Source: Candidatus Culexmicrobium cathedralense (lineage in GTDB: Archaea > Thermoproteota > Methanomethylicia > Culexarchaeales > Culexmicrobiaceae). From it: a stretch of 64,000 nt of DNA. This document shows, piece after piece, positions 20,388 to 29,789 of the stretch. The position numbers and the translations under genes are program-made. The notes below the pieces were generated by a model. It was not told where the DNA came from, searched no databases, and saw only the letters and a list, made by a program, of their open reading frames with translations. The stretch covers positions 135,171 through 199,170 of the forward strand of contig JANZKC010000004.1 in the NCBI GenBank assembly GCA_025061115.1. The letters run 5' to 3'. The first letter of the stretch is position 1. Every line of letters begins with the position of its first letter.

Positions 20388-20636
20388 TTGGCGGTTGTGA
20401 ATATTGACAGTAGAGGCAGGCTCACCATACCTAGAAAGATGAAGGTGAAAAGCACGAGAGCCATAATAATTCCAGCCGGAAGCTTCTTCATAATAATTCC
20501 CATCCCCCCAAAGCCCATCAACTACGCTAAAAGCTGGTTGAAAACAAGCAAAACCCGACGCGAATTAAAGAAAATGGCAGAAGAACTAGCCAAGAAAGAT
20601 GCAGTCAAGAGAGCCGAGAGGAGGAAGCAGCAATGA
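20388..20636 (+). CDS. vapB: AbrB-like VapB antitoxin
   Basis: IDSRGRLTIP AbrB motif; ATGA-coupled to PIN gene. Confidence 0.8.
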   Translation: MAVVNIDSRGRLTIPRKMKVKSTRAIIIPAGSFFIIIPIPPKPINYAKSWLKTSKTRRELKKMAEELAKKDAVKRAERRKQQ

Positions 20637-21055
20637 TGATCGAAACAGACATCCTCTACGCCTACATTAAACCCAAGGACCGGCTAAAACCCACCGCAGA
20701 AAAATTAATCGAAAAAATAGAGCAAGGCGAACTCGGAGTAATTTACGCTTCAAGAGAAGTACTACACGAACTATATTACATATCCATGCAGGAAGGAATC
20801 TCCCTAAGCGAATTCATAGCAAGAATCTCAGCCATAACGGCCATAAACAACCTAGAATTCATAGAAACAGACCACATAATAGACCTACTAGCCTTCACCC
20901 TAATGCAACAATACAAACTAACATCCCTATTTGACGCCTACTACGCAGCAACAGCACTAAACAAAACCAACGACCACACAATAATCTCAACAGACAACAC
21001 ATTCGACAAAATACCAGGCCTAAAAAGAATAGACCCAAGAGAACTAGTCAAATAA
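20633..21055 (+). CDS. vapC: PIN-domain VapC toxin
   Basis: MIETDILYA, VLHEL, SLFDAYYAATAL, IISTDNTFD. Confidence 0.9.
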   Translation: MMIETDILYAYIKPKDRLKPTAEKLIEKIEQGELGVIYASREVLHELYYISMQEGISLSEFIARISAITAINNLEFIETDHIIDLLAFTLMQQYKLTSLFDAYYAATALNKTNDHTIISTDNTFDKIPGLKRIDPRELVK

Positions 21056-21182
21056 CCCCCCAACAAACTCACCCATAAAAACTACAGACACCACAAACTC
21101 AACACCAAACTAAAACTCCCAATTAATCAAACCAATCTCTACTACCATTCAAGTGTAAGAAACTTAACTGCAACGCCAAGCA

Positions 21183-21449
21183 TCATCTAATCAACTTTAT
21201 GAAAGCTTTACTCTTAATCTCTTTAGGAGGCAATTCATCAGCTATGATGTGGAAGCTTAATCTCACCAAACCACTTTTTCCAATAACCTTAACCCACAAA
21301 ATTTTTATTTCTTCATCTTTAAATCCTTTATTTCTGAAATATTCAAAAAATTCATCTTTGTATACTTCATCTCTGCCATAATGTTTAAACAATTCTCTAA
21401 CAAGTTTTCTCAATTCCTTTAAGCTCATCGACTTGATTCTTTCACTCAC
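21183..21449 (-). CDS. small hypothetical, possibly winged-helix protein
   Basis: 88-aa ORF, co-oriented just downstream of the LAGLIDADG-like gene. Confidence 0.55.
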   Translation of the reverse strand: MSERIKSMSLKELRKLVRELFKHYGRDEVYKDEFFEYFRNKGFKDEEIKILWVKVIGKSGLVRLSFHIIADELPPKEIKSKAFIKLIR

Positions 21450-21478
21450 AAAGCTCCCCTACCCTTAATATTAAATTA

Positions 21479-22852
21479 CTATTTAATATCTTCAGCAATT
21501 CTTCCAAATATTTCTTCAAATTTTCTTACTCTCCATTCTTTAGGCATTCTACTGGGTATTGAGTTGATTTGTTTCTTAATTTCTATTATTTCCTTTTCAC
21601 GTAACTTTCTTCCTCTATACTTTAGAAATATTTCATATTGTCTTCTAAGTCTCTCATCTTTCCATGTGCCTGGCAGTGCACCGTACTCCCTAACTATTAT
21701 GTCTATTGCCTTAGGCTTATCCATGTATGCGCGCCATAACACGGTGAATCTGCCTTCTTTACTTAGTTGCATTCTCTCTGGATATGCTTCAACAAATCTT
21801 GGTTCAACTTGTTTTTTATACAACTGGTTTAGGAGGGCAACTTCTTCATTTATTAATTTTGGTTTATTTCTTTCAATGACTTCTAAGATGTCGCTCGACA
21901 TTTTTTCATCTTCGATTTTATCCATTAATTTTCCTAAAGCTATTCTTCCTACAGGTCCAATAATTTCTTTCAGCTTTTCTTTTTGCTCTTCTGTGAGTTT
22001 ATCGGTTATGTCTATTCCTCTAGCCCATGAAATTCTCATTGCAACTCTTCTTCCCTTGACTCTTACGATGCTTGTACCCTCTTCAGTTAGTGTGGCTTGG
22101 AAGTGGTATCGCTGCAATTCTGGGTCGACGTAAACTTTGGGGTCCAGCGAGGGATTAGTAACGGTCTTCGCTCCAATGGGTATGCCTGCCCTATGCAGTA
22201 TCCTAGCAGTCGCCGAGTCGAGGTATGTTACGTAAGCGTTTTTGTCTTCCCGATATTTGGGCGGCTTCAACCGTGGGGCTCCAAGCTGTCTAAGTAAGTC
22301 CATGACGTACTTGTGGAGAGCGGGGTCCTTATTGATGTACTTAGCTTTTGGCTGCCTTCGGTTAGTTCTAAGCGAAATTGATCCTTCATTTAAAATGTGG
22401 GTTTTCAGCTTAATCAATGCTCGGCTCCTCAAGTTCACTGGAAACTTCCTCGTGAATACGGCTCGCTCCTCAAGCAGATTCGGATCCAACCCAAATCTCT
22501 TGCAGAGCTCCAGCAGCTCCCCAACTTTAATTTTAACGGTTTTTCTGCCTTCCGGAATTATTGCTCTCCAGCTCAAGTTGAATTCTTCGAGTAGCTGCTT
22601 AAACTTCTCAGCATTCAACTCAACATATGCGCTCGGCGGCTCATCATACCAGTGGTAGAGGATTTTGCTGAGCTCCTCCCTTATGATGCTGAGGCTCCTC
22701 TCAAGCTCCTCGCCGAGCTTCCTCCTCAAAGAGGCTGAATCCAGAATTTCGCCTGTCTCAGCAAATATTCTGTCAAGTAGCTTTTGCTCCCTAAGCCTTC
22801 TAGCCCTAGCCCTTAGGGACAGCTTATACTGACCCAAAGCTTTCACCGACAA
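21479..22852 (-). CDS. LAGLIDADG homing-endonuclease-like protein (two degenerate motifs)
   Basis: LIKLKTHILNEGSI..KYINKDPALHKYVMDLLRQLG and YHFQATLTEEGT..RISW resemble the two LAGLIDADG helices and downstream strands; no intein splicing motifs. Confidence 0.6.
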   Translation of the reverse strand: MSVKALGQYKLSLRARARRLREQKLLDRIFAETGEILDSASLRRKLGEELERSLSIIREELSKILYHWYDEPPSAYVELNAEKFKQLLEEFNLSWRAIIPEGRKTVKIKVGELLELCKRFGLDPNLLEERAVFTRKFPVNLRSRALIKLKTHILNEGSISLRTNRRQPKAKYINKDPALHKYVMDLLRQLGAPRLKPPKYREDKNAYVTYLDSATARILHRAGIPIGAKTVTNPSLDPKVYVDPELQRYHFQATLTEEGTSIVRVKGRRVAMRISWARGIDITDKLTEEQKEKLKEIIGPVGRIALGKLMDKIEDEKMSSDILEVIERNKPKLINEEVALLNQLYKKQVEPRFVEAYPERMQLSKEGRFTVLWRAYMDKPKAIDIIVREYGALPGTWKDERLRRQYEIFLKYRGRKLREKEIIEIKKQINSIPSRMPKEWRVRKFEEIFGRIAEDIK

Positions 22853-24635
22853 GCTTCAAGCTTCCATCACGGTCAACCAGTATGGCTTTGAACAAGTCTT
22901 CCATTTTCACCGTGCCTATCAAGTGCTCGGGAGGTATTTGCCAACATCCAGTCAAGGCGATTCCACACTCGTAATCTATGAGTGCCCTATGCACGTGGCC
23001 CATGATGAGCCAGTCAACGTGGCTGGACGCCTTATACTCAAGCATTGCACTCTTAACTACGTCAAGCTTCTCCTTAGGATTCAAAACAACCTTGTGGCCG
23101 TAGAGAGCCAGCGCAACTCTGCCGTCGGGAAGCCTAATCAGCAACTCCTCCTTAGCCCGCCTGTAAAGCCTGTAGAAGTCGAGCAGCACATTTGCGGTGC
23201 GGTTAGCTTCAAGCTGAGCTTCACCGGCGAAAATCAGCGATGAATGTGTCTGACCATAAGCTAATTCGTCCAAAGCCTTCAGGAAGCCACTTAAATCGCC
23301 GTCGCAGCACCCTCCAACAACGTGAACCGTGCACTTAACCCTCCTAACTGCGTCGAACAATAATGCTAGCTGGCTAATTGAGGGGCTGCCAAACCTAAAG
23401 TCGAAAACGTCGCCGAGCAAAATCAAGTGGCGAGGCGAAACCTTCAAGATGAAGCGGGCGAACTCCTCAAGCCTAGACTCAGCAGTCCACCCATGAACGT
23501 CAGAAGCAATAAGCGCAACCTCACCCCAATCAATAACCAAATCGTAAAGGCTGCATTCATGCATGAATCCGCGCTCACCCATAGACTTCAACTGATTAAA
23601 ATTGTGAAGAGCCCTAACATGCACGTCCTCAGCAAGCCTATGAGAGCCAAACCTAACGCAGCTCGGGCAGCTGCAAGCCAAATACTTGCATGAAGCATCA
23701 ACCGCATCATCATCCACATACAATTTATGGCGAACAGCATCGAGATAATAGCTGTAGCCAGCCACGCTCAGCTTCTCAATACACCTAAAAACTTCGCGAA
23801 CAAACCTCAAAGATGAAGGGCGAAGACCACCAACAACAAGCAAACTCTCAACCCTACCAGCCAGCTCGTCGGCAAACCTGTAAAGAACATTCCTAGCATA
23901 AGCGTCAAACCTCAGCCGACCCAAATACTCAGAAGCATGAACACAGAAATTCCTAAAGCCAAACCTAAGCAGCATATCAACGCTAAACCTAATTTGATTC
24001 GAAGTATTCCCCTTAACCATAGCGATAACCGGCAAGTCAAGGTAAGAAAGCCTATAGGTAAGCTCCAGGCCCTTAACCAAGTTAACCCAAGACCAGTAAA
24101 GAGGCATGTCAACATAAACAGGCGCATCCCAACCAACAACCGCATCAAAACCACAAGCAACAGCAACCCAACAAAAAAGCCGAAAAACATCATCCCGAAT
24201 AAGAAGCTCATCAGGCATAATCGAAGACAAAACAACAATCCCATCAAACCCCAAAAAACCATGAACACCCCTCTCAACAACCAAGCGAAAAACACCCAAA
24301 TCCAAAAGATCAGTAAAAGGAACAATAACAGCATCAACACCCAAATCCCTCAAAAACCCACGCAAACCACCACTCCTCAACGAAACAATCGGAACCAACT
24401 CAGGCAACACAATAGACTTAACATCCCGCCTCTCCGCAGCCTTCACCCAATCAACCAAAGAATCAACCTCACTCCCAGACAAATCCCAAAAACAAAACCT
24501 AAACCCACACAACAAACACTCATCAACACCCCTCAACGCAGACCCAGAAACCCTACAACCAAACCTGCCAGAATAAGAACAAACACCAACAAAAGGACAA
24601 CCAACACAACCACCATCACACCGCAAACGCAACAA
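22824..24635 (-). CDS. Cys-rich N-terminus + TGT/DUF4417-like barrel + calcineurin-like metallophosphoesterase fusion
   Basis: N-terminal CxxxCxxC..C and CxxC..C; GFDAVVGWDAPVYVDMP, MVKG and CSCPSC..ALHN (TGT zinc site); C-terminal SDVH, LLGDVFD, GCCD, YGH, MGHVH phosphoesterase motifs. Confidence 0.7.
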   Translation of the reverse strand: MLRLRCDGGCVGCPFVGVCSYSGRFGCRVSGSALRGVDECLLCGFRFCFWDLSGSEVDSLVDWVKAAERRDVKSIVLPELVPIVSLRSGGLRGFLRDLGVDAVIVPFTDLLDLGVFRLVVERGVHGFLGFDGIVVLSSIMPDELLIRDDVFRLFCWVAVACGFDAVVGWDAPVYVDMPLYWSWVNLVKGLELTYRLSYLDLPVIAMVKGNTSNQIRFSVDMLLRFGFRNFCVHASEYLGRLRFDAYARNVLYRFADELAGRVESLLVVGGLRPSSLRFVREVFRCIEKLSVAGYSYYLDAVRHKLYVDDDAVDASCKYLACSCPSCVRFGSHRLAEDVHVRALHNFNQLKSMGERGFMHECSLYDLVIDWGEVALIASDVHGWTAESRLEEFARFILKVSPRHLILLGDVFDFRFGSPSISQLALLFDAVRRVKCTVHVVGGCCDGDLSGFLKALDELAYGQTHSSLIFAGEAQLEANRTANVLLDFYRLYRRAKEELLIRLPDGRVALALYGHKVVLNPKEKLDVVKSAMLEYKASSHVDWLIMGHVHRALIDYECGIALTGCWQIPPEHLIGTVKMEDLFKAILVDRDGSLKLVGESFGSV

Positions 24636-24825
24636 ACACCCAACCCCAAAATAAAATCAACAAAAACACTTTAAAAAATAATCACCAAAAACACAAAAAT
24701 AAAACAACAATAAATCACAAAAAACTTATATAGCCCAAGAAAAATTTCTAAAAGACGAAGCGCCCACACAAGACCAAAAGCAAGCATTTAAAAAATTAAA
24801 CAAAAAATCAAAAAACATTAAAAAA

Positions 24826-24903
24826 GCCCGGGTGGTGTAGTCAGGCCTAACATACGGGCCTGTCGAGCCCGTGCCCCGGGTTCAAATCCCGGCCCGGGCG
24901 CCA
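24826..24903 (+). tRNA. tRNA-Asp (GUC), intronless, CCA encoded
   Basis: Acceptor stem GCCCGGG/CCCGGGC, anticodon arm CGGGC-CTGTCGA-GCCCG, T-loop GGTTCAAATCC, GCCA end, T-run downstream. Confidence 0.97.
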
Positions 24904-24959
24904 TATTTTTTCAATATGTTTCGGAATTTTTCTTTAAAAAGTAAAGCAACTATCAATGA

Positions 24960-25577
24960 TTAACTTTCATGGAAATTGCTTGTTTTGAGCTCTACGATAA
25001 CATGGTCATTTTCTATGTAGTAGTTTTCTATTTCTGGTTCTTTTAGCATTAGTTCTTGGGGTTCTACTGTGTATCCTAGTATTTTGCTTGTTGGTTTGAG
25101 GGAATCTTTTAGGTATTCTAGTATTTCGCGGTCTATGCGGTAGTAGTCTTCGTTTATGTCTATGCCGAAGGTTAGGTTATTGTCTTCGAATATCATCGTT
25201 ACAGTTACTGGCCCGTCTGATGGCGTTATTGGCATCTTTCTCAAGTTTTCTGGCAGTTTTTCCGCGACTCTTTTCTCATATTCTTCTCCAAGTTTATCTA
25301 GTTCCTTCATGACTTTATCGATGTTTTTAGCATTATCTTTGGAGGTTCCCACTTGTAGTCTGTTCTCAGTCCGAAGTCTACGAGCTTTTCTCCTCTGAAC
25401 ACTTCTTGATAGACCTCTATTGCTTTGTCTATCTCCTCTAGGCTGGTTACCTGCGTGTAGCATGATACGTAGTATAGGTAACCTATTGGTGTGGGTGATC
25501 TAATTTTGAATATTAAGATGATGAACTGCTCTTTGTAGCCTTTCTCGAATAGTTTTTTGCTCGCTTTCTAATCTCAT
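24960..25577 (-). pseudogene. hypothetical protein with two apparent homopolymer frameshifts
   Basis: Joining frames at T6 (~25553-25558) and T5 (25324-25328) gives a continuous protein-like MRLESEQKLFEKGYKEQF..YKWEPPKIMLKNIDKVMKEL..; the ORF-track N-terminus looks off-frame. Confidence 0.45.
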
Positions 25578-25795
25578 TTAATGTATGATTAAGATTGTAT
25601 ACCATGTTGTTACTTCAATACCCACCGTTTTAGTTCTTCGATGTTCATTTGATGATTAGATTTATAAGGTAATTCTCTTTTGCATCGTATATTTGATATT
25701 AATCTAAATGTTAACATGTATGTTTTAAAGTATAATTTATCTATGAATTTTCATGTTGTGCCGTTAAATTTTTTAATGTATTTCTTTATTTTTAT

Positions 25796-26308
25796 TTGAT
25801 GAGTGTTGAATCTGAAGTAATTAAGAGGCCTTTGGGTGTTACTGCTCTTATTATTATTTGTTTGTTTAATGTTGGGCTTTCAATTATTTTTTCTTTCTTT
25901 AACTTGCTTGTTTTACCCATAGTTATCTTGAACATTTTTTGGGTTTTAGGTTTGTATGGGGGTTATAAGGTTATTTGGATGGCTTCTCTTGTGCAGTTAC
26001 CCTTTTCTTTTATTGTTTTAGCTTTATTCTTTTCATCATTTTTATTTTGGATTATTAATGGCATTCCTGAATTTGAATATAATATTTCTATGATTTGTTA
26101 TATGTTGATAACTATTGGAATAATGCCTGCAGGGCTAGGCCTCTTCTTAATATTATTAATCAATATGCTTAGCCCCCCAATCTACAACATACTCACTTCT
26201 ATAGAACCATTTAACCGGTACTTAGCTATCGTTATATCCTTCATATACGTAATCATTACCATAAATTATCTAAAAAAGGAAAAAGTTAAAAAATTTTTCC
26301 TAAAATAA
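25796..26308 (+). CDS. multi-pass membrane protein (copy 1)
   Basis: KRPLGVT motif and several hydrophobic helices; paralogous to 27614..28150. Confidence 0.75.
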   Translation: MMSVESEVIKRPLGVTALIIICLFNVGLSIIFSFFNLLVLPIVILNIFWVLGLYGGYKVIWMASLVQLPFSFIVLALFFSSFLFWIINGIPEFEYNISMICYMLITIGIMPAGLGLFLILLINMLSPPIYNILTSIEPFNRYLAIVISFIYVIITINYLKKEKVKKFFLK

Positions 26309-26325
26309 TATAATTGGGGAATAAT

Positions 26326-27559
26326 ATGAAGAAACAATCAGTAAGTATGAGTATTTTGATTATGTTATGTATTGCTTTCTTAAGCTTTCCATTGGCTTAT
26401 GCAGAGATTTATGACTGGACAAAAATCCTGAATTTAATAACGACGGAGCCTATTGGGTTGGTAGAGTTTGGTGGTGGAATTTTGTCACAGGTGGATCAGG
26501 GACTCTTGAACCAAATAGTGATTTTGCAGAGTTTATTTATGTTGATGGAGATTGGAGAGCTTGGTTAAGGGCAGATACTGATAGGTATAATTTTGATACG
26601 GTCTGTGCTGGAGTTACGCAAGGATGGGTTTGGGATGCCCCTGAACCACAGGGAATATATAAGCCTCCACCATTACAAATAACATCGTATGTTAAACAAT
26701 TATGGCTTGAAGCTACTTTAGTGAGCTACTACTATTCAGGCTTATCATTTGAATGCGGTGCTTTAACAAATGTATGGTTTAAAGTTTACAATGTAGTTGA
26801 ATATGATCCTAATACTGGCGAGTCAACATAATTATCCTAAAACAGTGCTTGGCATAGATTTCTATTATGCAATTGATGGTTATGGTTTAAAACCTTTTGA
26901 TGGGCAATTCACAAAGCACTTACCAAGTAGCATGATATATACTAGGTATTATACGCAAGGTGTAGGTTCACATACTATTAACCTTTTGAATGAATTGTTG
27001 AATGCTCGGTCTGCTGCAAATAGTGCAAATGTGTATTTTGCTATTGCTGATTGTTGGCTTGCACAGGTTGAGCATGTAGCTGAAGAGTGTTCGGGTTATT
27101 GTGAAGCTGAGTTTAGTAAGCTGAGAGTATGGTATGAATATAATGATGGTGGAAGTGATGGGCATCTTACACTTCTTGTTTGGGATGGCAATAATTGGAA
27201 AGTTGAGGCATCGCTGGAAATTATTGGCGGAAAAATGCAACTGACGTACATATAATTAATTCCAATCTAGCAGTAAATGAAGGAGTTTATAGATTAAAAC
27301 TTCAAGAGTTAAACCAACACATCTCACATGTCGACAGAATAACACTAATGGCAATAAACAAAAACACTAACAAAGGCTTTGCACTTCCACTAATACAAGC
27401 CTACCACTCAACAAAAGGAATCGTAACTAAAAATTAAAGTCAAGCGATGACATAAATGTAAACTTAAAACCAGGAGAAACAATAGAACTTTGGTTCGCAC
27501 CCAAAAACGCTACCAAAGGAGAATGGAAATTCATAGTCATAATAGAAGTAGACAGTTAA
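26326..27559 (+). pseudogene. secreted/surface protein split by four frameshifts
   Basis: Signal peptide MKKQ..LAYA; a continuous ~410-aa beta-rich protein is recovered by shifting at A5 26421-25, ~26825, A5 27231-35 and A5 27429-33, ending ..FIVIIEVDS*. Confidence 0.65.
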
Positions 27560-27613
27560 ACTACTCTTTTATTTCTATAATTAAGGAATGTTTAAACACA
27601 AAAATATTTTTAG

Positions 27614-28150
27614 ATGGATTTTTATTTTTATGTGATGAATGTTAAATCAGAAGTAATTAAGAGGCCTTTAGGTGTAACTCTTCTCACAATTGTTTGTCTA
27701 TTCAATGTTGGGCTTGCAATCATATTCTTTCTCTTATCCTACAATTTAGTTGCTATTCTCCTAGCTTTGCTGAATGTTTTTTGGGCCTTAGGTTTATATG
27801 AAGGGAAGCGGATTGTCTGGACGGCATCGCAAATACAACTGCCTATATCCTTCGCAATGCTAACTTTATACTTTACATCAATTTTATTTTCACTCATTGA
27901 ATGTATGCCGGAAATGGAATACATAATATCAACAATAAACACTACTTTAACAGCACTAGGGATAATGCCTGCAGGATTAGGGTTCTTCCTAATATTGTTA
28001 ATTAATATGCTCTGCCCATTAATCTACAACATGCTTACTTCTATTGAACCATTTAATCGATATTTAGCCATTATTCTGGCTCTCGTATACATGGTCATTA
28101 CAATAAATTATCTAAAAAAGGAAAAAACCAAAGTGTTTTTCCTAAAATAA
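27614..28150 (+). CDS. multi-pass membrane protein (copy 2)
   Basis: Shares SEVIKRPLGVT, GIMPAGLG, LTSIEPFNRYLAI and INYLKKEK..FFLK with copy 1. Confidence 0.75.
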   Translation: MDFYFYVMNVKSEVIKRPLGVTLLTIVCLFNVGLAIIFFLLSYNLVAILLALLNVFWALGLYEGKRIVWTASQIQLPISFAMLTLYFTSILFSLIECMPEMEYIISTINTTLTALGIMPAGLGFFLILLINMLCPLIYNMLTSIEPFNRYLAIILALVYMVITINYLKKEKTKVFFLK

Positions 28151-28389
28151 TGTAATTGCGTAACGATGTGAAGGGACATGTTATCAAAACGTGTAAAGGC
28201 CATACTGACTGTTTTGCAGTTTTAATCATTTTAATTTCGCATTTGCTTTTGAGTGTAGCTTTAAATTGGATTGGGGATCATATGGGAAGGTAAATGAGGA
28301 ATTGCATTAAACTTGGTGCGATAGTTATTTTATTTTTGTTGCATAATAGGTTATTTAATTGGGTGAGTGTTGTTGGAGGGTGTTGCTGC

Positions 28390-29784
28390 TTGATAGACTT
28401 TGATAGGGTAATTTCGTTGGCTGAGAGGAGGGGCGCGGATTATGTGGGTGTTCGCTGTCAGGATGTGACGTATGAGCTCATTGTCGTGGATAATGGCGTT
28501 CTGCGCGAGTACAGTGTGAGTGAGAGGAGGGGTGTTGGTTTAAGAGTTGTGGTTAATGGCTGTCTTGGATTTGCAGCTACCAATGATGTTTCCGACAGGA
28601 GTGTTGGGGAGCTCGTTGATAGGGCGGTGTCCATTGCTAGGGCGATGAAATTGGCTGGCAGGCGTGTGGCTCTTTATGAGAGGAAAGCCTGTAGGGGTAG
28701 GGTTTCAAGTGAATTTAAAGTGGATCCCTTGGATGTTGCTCCGGAGGAGAAGATAAGCGTAGTTATGGATGCGTATAAGTCTGGCAGTGAGGTTGAGGAT
28801 GTAATTAGCGTTTCAGCAAGATTGGGAGTGGAGCATGAGCATAGGACTTTCTATTCCAATTTGGGGGATCAGGTGGAGGTTACTGTGAAGCTTATTGGAT
28901 TGGCCGTTACGAGTATAGCGAGGTATGGCGGCGTCATGGAGAGGGTTGGGGATTCGGAGAGCATGGTTGCTGGATGGGAGTTCATTGACGGTGAGGATTG
29001 GAACTCCTTTGCCAGGGAGGTTTCTGAACTTGCAAGCAGGGCTGTTAGGGCTCCAGCCATTAAGCCCGGCGAATACGTCGCAGTATTGGATAATGATATA
29101 ATTGGGATAATGCTTCATGAGGCATTTGGACATGCAACTGAAGGCGATATAGTGGAGGCCCGTGGAAGCGTGCTGCGTGGCAGAATTGGTGAGCAGGTTG
29201 CCAGCCCACTCGTAACCATAATTGATGAGGGAGTTGTTCAGGGAGGATATTACGTTCCATACGATGATGAGGGCACGCCTAAAAGGCGCGTCGCAACGGT
29301 TGAGAAGGGAATTCTAAGGACGTTCCTGCACAGCCTATCAACAGCCAAATCATTAAACTCCGAGCCAACGGGCAATGCACGGGCAATGGACTACTCACAT
29401 CCAATACTTGTGAGGCAGACTAACACGTTCATGGAGCCGGGAGACCATAAGGTTGAAGAGCTATTTGAGGGAGTGCAGCGCGGCGTATACATACGGGGGC
29501 GAGGAGCCCTCGGAGGCCAAGTAAACTCGACTGTAGGCTCATTCACATTCACGGCGGGGCCAAGCTACCTAATAGAGAAGGGCGAATTGAAGGGGCTTGT
29601 TAGGGGAGTAATGCTCTCAGGAAACATACTCGAGACACTTAAGAGCGTAGATGCAGTAGCCAACGACTTAAAGATAAGGACAAACGTCTTCGGCGGATGT
29701 GGAAAGATGGGGCAGAGGGTGCGCACCGGCCTCGGCGGACCCCACACGCGGGTTAGAAAGATCACCATAAGCAGTGGGAGGTGA
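28390..29784 (+). CDS. tldD: TldD metalloprotease
   Basis: HEAFGHATEGD, YDDEG, TGNARA, RQTNTF, GCGK motifs; TTG start at 28390 after GGAGGG. Confidence 0.92.
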   Translation: MIDFDRVISLAERRGADYVGVRCQDVTYELIVVDNGVLREYSVSERRGVGLRVVVNGCLGFAATNDVSDRSVGELVDRAVSIARAMKLAGRRVALYERKACRGRVSSEFKVDPLDVAPEEKISVVMDAYKSGSEVEDVISVSARLGVEHEHRTFYSNLGDQVEVTVKLIGLAVTSIARYGGVMERVGDSESMVAGWEFIDGEDWNSFAREVSELASRAVRAPAIKPGEYVAVLDNDIIGIMLHEAFGHATEGDIVEARGSVLRGRIGEQVASPLVTIIDEGVVQGGYYVPYDDEGTPKRRVATVEKGILRTFLHSLSTAKSLNSEPTGNARAMDYSHPILVRQTNTFMEPGDHKVEELFEGVQRGVYIRGRGALGGQVNSTVGSFTFTAGPSYLIEKGELKGLVRGVMLSGNILETLKSVDAVANDLKIRTNVFGGCGKMGQRVRTGLGGPHTRVRKITISSGR

Positions 29785-29789
29785 AGTAG

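Noticed and set aside
21479-22852. Intein or intron-encoded homing endonuclease
   Set aside because: No N-terminal C/S block, no C-terminal HN, and no interrupted host gene or rRNA.
24597-24620. CxxxCxxC suggesting a radical SAM enzyme (e.g. QueE)
   Set aside because: It sits at the extreme N-terminus in a longer Cys cluster, lacks the usual aromatic residue before the third Cys, and no radical SAM core follows.
23912-24674. 245-aa K/P/N/T/Q-rich ORF (+) and 142-aa Leu-rich ORF (-)
   Set aside because: Shadow frames of the TGT-phosphoesterase gene, left open by the extreme A/C skew.
1-28300. Provirus or IS element
   Set aside because: No integrase, transposase, capsid or packaging genes, terminal repeats or att pair recognised.
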